A stretch of DNA of 64,000 bases, taken from the IMG/VR virus record IMGVR_UViG_3300027286_000002; one strand, written 5' to 3'. This DNA is from a virus. Taxonomy: Duplodnaviria > Caudoviricetes. The notes beneath the pieces are model-generated. The model was not told the DNA's origin. It saw nothing but the letters and a program-made list of their open reading frames with translations, and did no database searches. The translations under genes and the position numbers were made by a program. Below, in pieces: positions 55,526 through 64,000 of the stretch (position 1 is its first letter; the number at the start of each line of letters is the position of its first letter).

Positions 55526-58333
55526 TTAGAACTCAAAACCACCAAATAAAACATCTTTTAATCCATCAGGTGTTTTACTTGTATCTGTTTCAATTTCTAT
55601 TTCTTCGTTTGTTGTTAGGTTGAACTCATCCTCATCATAATTGTTTACAAATAATGATGCTGTCTTTTCACTATCACTCGCATTAGCTAATCTAATACTT
55701 TCTTTCTGATACTTCTTAGGATTGTCTATTCCCATTTGAGATAAACTTGCAATCACAGGTTTATTGTATTTTTGACAAGTACCTTCTGCATTCTTAAATA
55801 CACAAGTTGCACACTTATCCATTTGCAATACAGCAGGTATCATATTTGATCTATGTTGTAATGCACCTTGTTCGCAACCTACTTTTTCATAAGCACCTGC
55901 ATCTACATAGACTTGACCAGATAAACCTTCATGTGCAGTTCTAATAGCTTTAATAGAATCTGCATAGTGATTTAATACTTCACTAGCAAATCTTGCTTTA
56001 AGCATAATATCCAAATCATTACCGACTGCACCTTCAGCCATCTTTTGTCTTAACCATGTTTCTACTGTATCTTTACTTGCTAACTTAACACTAGCTTTTT
56101 TAGTTTCGATATGCTGTGTATATTGTGTATCTGTATATTCTTTCTTTTGACTTGCACTTAAATGAGTTAAAACTTTTGCTAATTTCTTTTGTGGATTTGA
56201 AATGCCACCTACTAGATGTTCTAATTCAGATCTGTCTAATAAACCACCTGTAACAATAGAATTTAAAGTAGCCTCAATTTTACGATTGACTGCCATCACT
56301 TCTTTTTCTTTTTGAAGTAAAGGCATTTCACTTGCTTTCTTTAATCTTAATTCCAATTCCTGTTGAATAGCTTTAAAGTTATTATTCGCTTGCTTTAATT
56401 TTGATTGTTCCGACCACTGCTGATTGTCATATTCTTTATCAGAAATATTAACACTCGCATCTTTCATAGCTTGGATGTTTTGCTTTAATCTTGCAGACAG
56501 TTCTTTTTGGAAAGCAACAAAATCATTCTTTGCTTCTTTTAATAAGTTTAACTGTTCGTATCTTGTTTCACTATATTCTTTATTTGATACATCGGATTGA
56601 GATTGTGTAATGAAGTCCAAAGCACTTGAAACTACTTCTTCAGGATTACTACATCCACAAGCTATTTTTTCCATTTGATTTAAAGTGATTAAACCTGCTT
56701 TGATCATGCGACTAACTTTATCTTTTGCTACTCTTGATCTTACTGCCAAATCTCTTTGTTCTGCATTATCATAATGTCCAAAGTCATTACTATATGATTT
56801 GCCTGCCATTGTCTGTGCATTTAAACCACTACCTAAATAATTTCCTGCTTTTGTCATTACAGGTTTAGATGCTAACTTTTTCAAGTATTGTGTCTTGGTA
56901 TGAAAATCACCTTTCATACCAACGATTTGATCTACTTGATTTTTTGTTGTCATTCCCAACTTTACTAGCTGTGATGCTAATAAAGTAAATTTGTTTTCTT
57001 GTGCTTGTATTTCTCTTTGTGCAGGTGTTGTGTAATGTGGATCTATTTCTTGAATGACTTTATTGTGCATTCCTTTTTTACCTACACCACCACCTTCATA
57101 ATCCTGTGCTTGTTTTTGTCTAAGTAAATATTCATTTAACTTAGCTGTCTTTTGCTCCAAACTACTTAATCTTGAAATCTCTTGATATTGGGATTCATTT
57201 AAGAAGTTACTTTTCTTAAAATTCTCTAATAGACCTGCAAACTTATTATTAAGATTATTCAGTTCTCTATCTCTTGTTGTTCCTACATCTACTGTTTCAG
57301 GTACATACTTTGCAAACTTTTCACTTGCCTGTTCGCTTGAATATTTCTTTGTTAAATCTTCTTGATAGGCATACCATGTTTGTGGCAGTACTTGTGCAGG
57401 TGCTTGAGATAAAAATGCTTGCTTTAATCTAGCTTGGTAATTTGTACCACTGCCTAACTTAATACCAACTGTCTTTAATTTTGGTGCATAATGTTCAAAG
57501 GCTGATTTCCAATTGATATTAGAAACTACCTTACGACCTTGATGGTAATCAAATACACAATCCTTTGATGCTGGAATAATGTATTTTGCACTTGCACACC
57601 TTGCTTTAATTTGTTTATCCCATTTGCCATTAAACAAACCTTTAAATGCCTCTTCTCTTATATATACTTTGCCATGTAAACCATGATCACTAGCAATACG
57701 ATTAGCAACATCATCTGTATATTTATTGCCTATGTCTGTTTTCAAATCTGCAAGAATAACTTTTAAAGGCTCACCATAAGCAGACCTTCTCATTGCTTTT
57801 TCTATTTTTTCTCTGTAATCATCACCGGGCTGTTGTGCTTGTGGTGCATCATATTTATTTACTACTTTGACAAATTCTCTATTCTTATTTGGTACTAATC
57901 CTAAACCATTGGTGCTTTCATCCCACATCTCACTTAATTCTTTTAATGCACTATCTTCATAAAAGCTATTTTCCATCTGTTCGTAAACATCTTTCTTATT
58001 ACGAACACCTTCAAGATTAGCTTGTGTTTCCTGTGCTAACCATGAATGATCTACAATAGGTACATATTGAAAAGAACTTTCTTTTAAGAAATCACCTAAA
58101 TGGATGCCACCTTCTTCATCTACATGACTAGGTAAAACACTTGATCTAGGTGTATCATTTGGCAAAATGCCACTAGGTAAAGAAGATAAACCTTTGGCTT
58201 CAGGTAGTCTTGCTTTCTCTAATACTCCACCATTATATTCAGTATCGTATTGAAAACCATCGAGCATATAATTTGAGCCATTGGTTAAAGTATAACCACC
58301 ATTAGGTAGATATGAATTAGATTGCTTTTTCAT
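55526..58333 (-). CDS. Large modular protein, putative virion internal protein
   Basis: 935 aa; duplicated HxGLxGxVY domain, four short helical repeats, eight K/R-x-A-S sites, C-terminal Cys cluster. Confidence 0.75.
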   Translation of the reverse strand: MKKQSNSYLPNGGYTLTNGSNYMLDGFQYDTEYNGGVLEKARLPEAKGLSSLPSGILPNDTPRSSVLPSHVDEEGGIHLGDFLKESSFQYVPIVDHSWLAQETQANLEGVRNKKDVYEQMENSFYEDSALKELSEMWDESTNGLGLVPNKNREFVKVVNKYDAPQAQQPGDDYREKIEKAMRRSAYGEPLKVILADLKTDIGNKYTDDVANRIASDHGLHGKVYIREEAFKGLFNGKWDKQIKARCASAKYIIPASKDCVFDYHQGRKVVSNINWKSAFEHYAPKLKTVGIKLGSGTNYQARLKQAFLSQAPAQVLPQTWYAYQEDLTKKYSSEQASEKFAKYVPETVDVGTTRDRELNNLNNKFAGLLENFKKSNFLNESQYQEISRLSSLEQKTAKLNEYLLRQKQAQDYEGGGVGKKGMHNKVIQEIDPHYTTPAQREIQAQENKFTLLASQLVKLGMTTKNQVDQIVGMKGDFHTKTQYLKKLASKPVMTKAGNYLGSGLNAQTMAGKSYSNDFGHYDNAEQRDLAVRSRVAKDKVSRMIKAGLITLNQMEKIACGCSNPEEVVSSALDFITQSQSDVSNKEYSETRYEQLNLLKEAKNDFVAFQKELSARLKQNIQAMKDASVNISDKEYDNQQWSEQSKLKQANNNFKAIQQELELRLKKASEMPLLQKEKEVMAVNRKIEATLNSIVTGGLLDRSELEHLVGGISNPQKKLAKVLTHLSASQKKEYTDTQYTQHIETKKASVKLASKDTVETWLRQKMAEGAVGNDLDIMLKARFASEVLNHYADSIKAIRTAHEGLSGQVYVDAGAYEKVGCEQGALQHRSNMIPAVLQMDKCATCVFKNAEGTCQKYNKPVIASLSQMGIDNPKKYQKESIRLANASDSEKTASLFVNNYDEDEFNLTTNEEIEIETDTSKTPDGLKDVLFGGFEF

Positions 58334-58335
58334 TT

Positions 58336-58959
58336 TTATTTATTACCTTTCATATATAAATCAGCTATTCTTAAAGCAGATGGTCTTTTAGATGTGGCTG
58401 TTCTCATCATTGGTGGAATTTGATCTTCTGCAATGTTTTCTGTAATTGCAGGTGGTTCATCTTCTACTTCTTGAGCCCAACCTTCAGGATCATCTTTTAC
58501 TTCTTCTACTTGATCAATCACTTTTTCTGCTTCACGAGATTTCATAGACCAATGTGGTGCTTTAATTTCATCATATAAAGTATCTGTTAAAGATGATAAT
58601 GCCTCTACAATATTCATATATTGTTTTCGCATAGTCTTGATTTCTTGAATATAACCTTTACCACCAAGATTACCATCAGGTGAAACATCTCTTGATTTAA
58701 GTTTGGCAAAAGTAGTGTATGCTGACATAGCATGACCTAAACTAAATAAAGTTGCTCTTAAAACTTTGGCAAGGTCTTTACTGCATTTAGGATTAAAGTC
58801 ATATTCAGATACATTCTTTCTTTCAGATGGTGTAAAACCACCCCATGCCCAACCATCTGTGCTATTACTATTATCTTTAACAAAGCGAACTTCACCTGCC
58901 TGCTTTTTTAATCTTGCCTGTCTTAACTTAAAGCTATCATTGTTATTTTCCATTTTCAT
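58336..58959 (-). CDS. Hypothetical helical protein, putative virion protein
   Basis: 207 aa; KKQAG near N-terminus, RIADLY at C-terminus. Confidence 0.7.
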   Translation of the reverse strand: MKMENNNDSFKLRQARLKKQAGEVRFVKDNSNSTDGWAWGGFTPSERKNVSEYDFNPKCSKDLAKVLRATLFSLGHAMSAYTTFAKLKSRDVSPDGNLGGKGYIQEIKTMRKQYMNIVEALSSLTDTLYDEIKAPHWSMKSREAEKVIDQVEEVKDDPEGWAQEVEDEPPAITENIAEDQIPPMMRTATSKRPSALRIADLYMKGNK

Positions 58960-59022
58960 ATACTCCTGTTGCTATCTATCATTATGTTCTTTATTTAATA
59001 CTTATTAAATTTTTATCTGAAC

Positions 59023-59051
59023 TTGCAATAAATCTCAATCCTAAGTGTTTA
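59023..59051 (+). promoter_or_regulatory. Bipartite promoter-like motif (copy 4)
   Basis: TTGCAATAA-N11-AAGTGTTTA, 40 nt before ATG 59092. Confidence 0.75.
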
Positions 59052-59091
59052 TGTATATATCAACTAACCAATCTCGAAAGGATTGTGATTT

Positions 59092-59625
59092 ATGTACGGA
59101 ACACTTTCTATTCCTACTTTTGAAAACTTTCTCAATGCAACTCAAAACACTTTTACCAAGTGGTCTGAAAATACCATTGCAGTGAATGTAAAGAACACCA
59201 CCTGTGCAATGATCTTTAAATTTGAAAATGGTAATCTTAAATCTACAGGTTTATGGTCTTATCAATCTAAAAAGTTTCTTTCTACTTTCGATGAAGATAA
59301 GAAACTTGCACAAGATCCTACTCTTTCTCTTATGGAAAAAGTTCTTAATGCAATGTCTTTTTGGATTGATAAAGCACAAGTAGAAAAAAAACCTGAAAGA
59401 AAACCATTTAAGAAATTTGAAAAAAAACCTTTAAGTGATGATCAAATTTCTTTCTTTCAAAAAGTTCAAAGTTTATCCAAAGCAAGTGAAATTGCGAATG
59501 ATGAATTTACTTTAAAGTTCTCTCAATCCATTATTGACTTGATCAATAAATATGGCAGTAATGCAAAAATCTCTGAAAAACAAATTCAAATCTCTTTGAC
59601 CAAATTCAAAAAATATGGAATCTAA
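59092..59625 (+). CDS. Hypothetical protein
   Basis: 177 aa, SD aaagga; C-terminal F..S....G..ISEKQ module. Confidence 0.7.
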   Translation: MYGTLSIPTFENFLNATQNTFTKWSENTIAVNVKNTTCAMIFKFENGNLKSTGLWSYQSKKFLSTFDEDKKLAQDPTLSLMEKVLNAMSFWIDKAQVEKKPERKPFKKFEKKPLSDDQISFFQKVQSLSKASEIANDEFTLKFSQSIIDLINKYGSNAKISEKQIQISLTKFKKYGI

Positions 59626-59851
59626 CATGAATGATTTTATTACTCTCTATGGTTTAAATATCCAAAACGATGGTTATCTTGACAGTGTTCATCATGAATA
59701 TACTGCATTTAGATTTTCTAAATCTGATGAAGATACCATCATCACACTTCACTTACCTGTATCTGTTGCAGATAAATTATTACACAATGATGATTTTGGC
59801 GATGGTTATGAACGATTTAACTTTGTTTTTGATTACATTGTGAGAAGATAA
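59615..59851 (+). CDS. Hypothetical acidic protein
   Basis: 78-aa ORF in operon. Confidence 0.55.
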   Translation: MESNMNDFITLYGLNIQNDGYLDSVHHEYTAFRFSKSDEDTIITLHLPVSVADKLLHNDDFGDGYERFNFVFDYIVRR

Positions 59852-60049
59852 ATGCAAGATCAAATTACTCAAAATCTTTATACTTGTCTTGACCTGTTTG
59901 AACAGGATGTAAAACAAAAAATCCAAACTGTTCTTTCTACCAATGACTTAACACCTGCACAAGTAAACGAACTAAATTCTAAAGTGCATACATTCCTAAA
60001 ACAAAATCTTTCCAATATGGAAGAGGACATCCTAAATCTTTTCAAGTAA
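59852..60049 (+). CDS. Hypothetical helical protein
   Basis: 65-aa ORF abutting upstream stop. Confidence 0.55.
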   Translation: MQDQITQNLYTCLDLFEQDVKQKIQTVLSTNDLTPAQVNELNSKVHTFLKQNLSNMEEDILNLFK

Positions 60050-60487
60050 AATCATATTGTCTTTTAAATATATTAAACCTTGATTATGCACACCACCAAA
60101 ATCCATTGGACAATATACTTTCTTTATTCCAGCATGATGAATTGCTTTTGCACACATTAAACACGGATCACAATTTACTATTAAGATTTTTCCCTGTGTA
60201 GATTGACCAATCCTACTTGCATTTAAAATTGCATTTAATTCTGCATGATGACAGCCAACATCATTTTGTGTACCACTTGATACTTTATTTAAATCTCTTA
60301 AACAAATAGAACCACCACATAAATCACCTGTTGAGCAACCTCGTGGATTACCATTATATCCATCTGCAATAATGCTATTAGTAGTATCATCTAAAATCAT
60401 TGCAGATACTTTCCTGCGAATACAAGAACTTGCTTCAGCCAATAAATTACATTGTGCAATTCTGATTTCTAATAAATGTTTTTTCAT
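60032..60487 (-). CDS. dCMP deaminase
   Basis: DGYNG, HAELNAI and PCLMCAKAI zinc motifs. Confidence 0.9.
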   Translation of the reverse strand: MKKHLLEIRIAQCNLLAEASSCIRRKVSAMILDDTTNSIIADGYNGNPRGCSTGDLCGGSICLRDLNKVSSGTQNDVGCHHAELNAILNASRIGQSTQGKILIVNCDPCLMCAKAIHHAGIKKVYCPMDFGGVHNQGLIYLKDNMILLEKI

Positions 60488-60523
60488 GTCTTATCCTTAT
60501 TCTGAATAAGACATAATACAAGA

Positions 60524-61393
60524 TTAGTTGCCTGTATTATCTTTATACATAAGAGATAAAAGTTCACCCATCCAGCCATCAGGTCTATGTCCTACTAAAC
60601 CAATATAAAACATAGTACCTTTACTTGGATTAAGATTTACAAAATCACCAATACCATTAGCAAAAGATCTGCTCTTATTAGCAATCATTGTACAGTACAT
60701 TTCACCTTCTTTATTTTGAGTGAAACTGTTAATTGTACCTTGATAATAATTGACAAGATACTTTTCACTATTGGTCAAAACAGAATCAATGTTCTTAACT
60801 GCTTGAGCAACAAAATTTGCACTTTGTTCAATCTTATATTGAGGACTTGGTCTTGAGGATCTGTCTTTAAAATAAATGACTTCAAATTGTTTATTAGAGG
60901 TTTCTTCTTCTAAAACAGGTTTCTTAAATGAGAAACGATAAAGACCAACCTTCTTGCCTGATGGTGCTTTACCATTATAGCCATTAAAACTTAATTCATG
61001 TCCAACAGGTTCACCTTCTGTGTTTACTCGCTTAACAGAAATTACACAATCTGTACCACTAGAAACAATCTTAGTAATGAGAACTACTTGTAAATGTAAT
61101 TCACTACACATTTCTTGATTTTGTGGATGATCGCATCTATTTTTATCAATAGAGGCATATTCACCAACAGTCAAATCACCTGTGGTTCTATCAGAAGGAT
61201 CTTTAAATAAAAGACCACATTTAGTGAGTTTTTGTGCAAATTCACTAGATGTCATAGGATTATCACCACCTAAAGATGATTTTAAAATTGCCCATGATGC
61301 AAAATCTGCTTCTTTACCTGTGGCAGGTGATGGAATTTGTCTAAATACTTTTTCAAAATCAATACTTTGAGGACTTGCTTTTTTCTTAGCCAT
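60524..61393 (-). CDS. Hypothetical protein
   Basis: 289-aa ORF with SD AAGGA. Confidence 0.7.
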   Translation of the reverse strand: MAKKKASPQSIDFEKVFRQIPSPATGKEADFASWAILKSSLGGDNPMTSSEFAQKLTKCGLLFKDPSDRTTGDLTVGEYASIDKNRCDHPQNQEMCSELHLQVVLITKIVSSGTDCVISVKRVNTEGEPVGHELSFNGYNGKAPSGKKVGLYRFSFKKPVLEEETSNKQFEVIYFKDRSSRPSPQYKIEQSANFVAQAVKNIDSVLTNSEKYLVNYYQGTINSFTQNKEGEMYCTMIANKSRSFANGIGDFVNLNPSKGTMFYIGLVGHRPDGWMGELLSLMYKDNTGN

Positions 61394-61527
61394 TTTGAAT
61401 ATCCTTTGGAATAAAAGAAAAATGTTTTATTAAAGGTACTCTTATTAAATAAGTATTGATCACTTTAAATTTAAGTGAATATACACCAACAAAATAGACA
61501 GCAGGATTACGATTACGATATTCATAT

Positions 61528-62073
61528 TTAATCCAATTCGATTGACTTGTACATCACATTAGTCATGCAAGTTGCCAAATCATTTTTTAATGAATAAGAA
61601 TTGTTAAAATATAAACATGGCAGGTTTTCATTTCTTACTGCATAAGCAAAACCTTTTTCAGTAAGCACACCTACCTTTTCATATTCTAAACCTTTTCCCA
61701 TCACATCTGATAAATCTGTTATGACTTTCTTATAGAGAACTCTATTCTTAACTTTGGTAATGTAAAACTCACCTGTTAAATTATTGAACTCATATCGCAG
61801 TCTAGGATTCATCTCAAAATATGGCATCAAGATTTCAATTTCACCTGTTGGAAATTGAATCCCTCGCACATCTTTAAAGATTACTTTCTTCATCCCAAAG
61901 TTGCCAAATTTCTTATTTAGAAATTTGATCTGATAGCTTACTGCTTCAGACATCTCTAATAAAAGATCATCTAATTCTGTTCTAGGTTTTTCTTTCAAGA
62001 CAGGCATATCGGATAACCTTATCCGATTATTCATTGGTGAACAGGTTAAAAGGTTTGATAAGTTCATATACAC
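61528..62073 (-). CDS. Hypothetical protein
   Basis: 181-aa ORF with SD AAGGA. Confidence 0.65.
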   Translation of the reverse strand: MYMNLSNLLTCSPMNNRIRLSDMPVLKEKPRTELDDLLLEMSEAVSYQIKFLNKKFGNFGMKKVIFKDVRGIQFPTGEIEILMPYFEMNPRLRYEFNNLTGEFYITKVKNRVLYKKVITDLSDVMGKGLEYEKVGVLTEKGFAYAVRNENLPCLYFNNSYSLKNDLATCMTNVMYKSIELD

Positions 62074-62138
62074 TTTCCTTATGTATTGACGAATATATAA
62101 ATATACTTATATGTTTTTTTCAAAGAAAAAACAAGTAT

Positions 62139-62483
62139 TTATCGTATAGATATTACACGATTACTTAAATATTCATCTTCTACCTGTGCAATAAAATATC
62201 CTAGTTCACTTAATGTAAACAAGTTCTTTTCTTTACAGGTATCACTACCTACTTTTACCTTTACTCGCATACCTATTTCTAGTTCACCTTGATCTTCAAA
62301 GGAACACCAACTCACATCTAGTGTGACCATATAACAAACAGCATTTTTCTTAAATGCTTTGCCTATTGGTGAATAAAAGACTTCACCTCTATACATAGGT
62401 CTTTTGTTATATTCGTTTTCCCAATTTCCCTGCACCTTAAAACCATTTTCTTTTAAATAGTTTTTTACTTCCGTCACTTTCAT
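62139..62483 (-). CDS. Hypothetical protein
   Basis: ORF track 62139..62552; ATG 62483 follows SD aaagga and a TTGTAA-17-TATTGT promoter-like element. Confidence 0.6.
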   Translation of the reverse strand: MKVTEVKNYLKENGFKVQGNWENEYNKRPMYRGEVFYSPIGKAFKKNAVCYMVTLDVSWCSFEDQGELEIGMRVKVKVGSDTCKEKNLFTLSELGYFIAQVEDEYLSNRVISIR

Positions 62484-62898
62484 AAGAATCCTTTCAAAAA
62501 GACAATAAAATCCCTTTAAAGATTTTACAACCTTTATTTTAATTATTCTCATGTTTTTACTTTAAACACCAGCTTAAAGACAATAAAATCTCTTTTAAGA
62601 ATTTCCCAACTCTTAATTAAGGTGTCTTTATATGTTTATGTTAGTTTCTGATCCTATATTTACCTTGCACGAAAAGATACCATCAACAAGCATTACTTTC
62701 CACAGTTGCAGACCAAGTAAACTCTATTCTCTCTTTCAACACTACACGATATGGAAATTAAGACATTACCATTGCCTTTAAACAGAGGATCTTATTACCC
62801 TTTTAAAGGTCTTTTGTTTCCCCATTGTCCGAAGACGAGGAAACCATCTCTTTTGCATCGTTTCAGATGCGAACACACACTAAAACCTCTAAAGATTT

Positions 62899-62950
62899 TA
62901 CTTATACTAGATGTATAAATAGAATATATAGATGTATTATATGTATTGGA
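62899..62950 (+). repeat. 52-bp exact direct repeat, copy 1
   Basis: Identical to 63949-64000. Confidence 0.9.
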
Positions 62951-63629
62951 AGAGATGTTGGAAGCAATAGGAAACACCTTAATGGATCTTACCGTCCTAA
63001 CCCCATGCTCTATATTATTTCAAAGGTAAGCACGGATGGTGTCCTGACATCTATCTAAGTATCATTTTCACTTCCACCTAAAAAGGATGAAAAAAAGCTA
63101 CTTTTGAAGTCTTAAACTATGCCTTACAGAATCACTTTAAAAATAAAGTAATCATAACCTAGCACGAGAATAAAGTAAAGTTCCTAGATACCTGCGATAT
63201 CTAAAGGTTTTCCCTTATAAGTATTCTTTCTAATCTTAAGCTACCTTTACACCTAAGACTTTATTTACTTGATCGTAACCAAGCAGAACCTTATCTACAA
63301 TTAAACCTGTTTTCAGATTTAAAAGCCTTTACCTTATGGATTACTCTTATATTTAAATCTTTCCCTTTTAGCAAATCTTTTTTTATCTTTTTTTTATCAT
63401 TCAAAAAAGCCCTTTAAATTTGCTCTTTTCCTTTAAGGTATATGTTCATATAGGAATGACCTTTAAAATCGTCTATAAAGCATATTAGATAGGTTTTAGA
63501 ACATATAGGATTTATTTGCTAGATCGTTTACTTATCCTGCATATAAAAGATAATGGTTTAAAGATTAAAGCAATAAGACCTTTCTTATCCAGCTATAAAA
63601 GTTTATGGTTTACTTATCCTTATATGTTG

Positions 63630-63872
63630 ATAAATCTTATTCTCTTATTCTGATCTTCTATAAATCTTATTCTCTTTCTTATCCTGATCTATAAATCTTA
63701 TCTTTACCTTATATGCTGATAAATCTTATTCTTATTCTCTATATATCCTTATTCTCTTTCTTATTCTTATTCTTATATACTGATAAATCTTATTCTCTAT
63801 AAATCTGATCTTTCTTATTCTCTATAAATCTTATCTTTCTTATTCTTTATTCTTATATGCTGATAAATCTTA
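63630..63872 (+). repeat. Iterated ATAAATCTTA decamers in pyrimidine-rich low-complexity tract
   Basis: Exact copies at 63630, 63660, 63691, 63719, 63783, 63824, 63863; one-mismatch copy at 63799. Confidence 0.85.
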
Positions 63873-63903
63873 CTGCCTACTTTATATTATATATTCTTTC
63901 TTT

Positions 63904-63924
63904 ATGTTTTGCGAAGCAAAACAT
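63904..63924 (+). other. Perfect hairpin ATGTTTTGC-GAA-GCAAAACAT (GCGAAGC mini-hairpin)
   Basis: 9-bp stem, GAA triloop. Confidence 0.8.
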
Positions 63925-63948
63925 CTTCTAACCTAAATCTGTTCTCTG

Positions 63949-64000
63949 TACTTATACTAGATGTATAAATAGAATATATAGATGTATTATATGTATTGGA
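63949..64000 (+). repeat. 52-bp exact direct repeat, copy 2 (runs to window edge)
   Basis: Identical to 62899-62950. Confidence 0.9.

Noticed and set aside
62795-63058. ORFs 62795..62977 (-) and 62825..63058 (+)
   Set aside because: Mutually overlapping, span the low-complexity direct repeat, no SD or motif.
63630-63872. CRISPR array
   Set aside because: Repeat unit is only 10-16 nt, spacers are irregular, low-complexity and similar to each other; no cas genes.
1-64000. Eukaryotic giant virus origin or alternative genetic code
   Set aside because: Some genes (DUF5824-like, DUF4116, methylase) recall giant viruses, but SD sites, sigma factors, Rho-independent terminators and a terminase-portal-HK97 head module indicate a bacteriophage. 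Known genes are full length with TAA, TAG and TGA all used as stops.

Overview
AT-rich 64-kb segment of a large tailed dsDNA bacteriophage (jumbo-phage-like Caudoviricetes; host not inferable). Evidence is Shine-Dalgarno-led, densely packed ORFs in the standard code, sigma-factor-like genes and a complete minus-strand HK97-type head module: terminase large subunit, portal, prohead protease, scaffold, decoration protein and major capsid protein (26.5-40.7 kb). Left arm: nucleotide and accessory genes (purA, nucleoside deoxyribosyltransferase-like, flavodoxin-like, QueC-like plus 2OG-Fe(II) hydroxylase, tdk, DNA methyltransferase, lytic transglycosylase), tRNA-Glu and tRNA-Lys. The most striking feature is a 13-kb array (40.7-53.8 kb), divergent from the terminase gene, of nine anthrax-lethal-factor-like HExxH metallopeptidase paralogs. 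They have swappable N-terminal domains (four with DUF4116-type repeats), orphan C-terminal relics and identical DNA patches, and a tenth relative sits at 20 kb. A recurrent K/R-x-A-S motif marks head and putative virion proteins and recurs inside the peptidase insertion, suggesting a protease-processed capsid cargo system (inference). Also seen: two unexplained structured RNAs (a tRNA-like domain on a 30-bp helix, and a hairpin RNA with an exposed anti-SD), a four-copy bipartite promoter, and an origin-like non-coding end region with iterated decamers, a direct repeat and a GCGAAGC hairpin. All family assignments are from motif recognition, not database searches.
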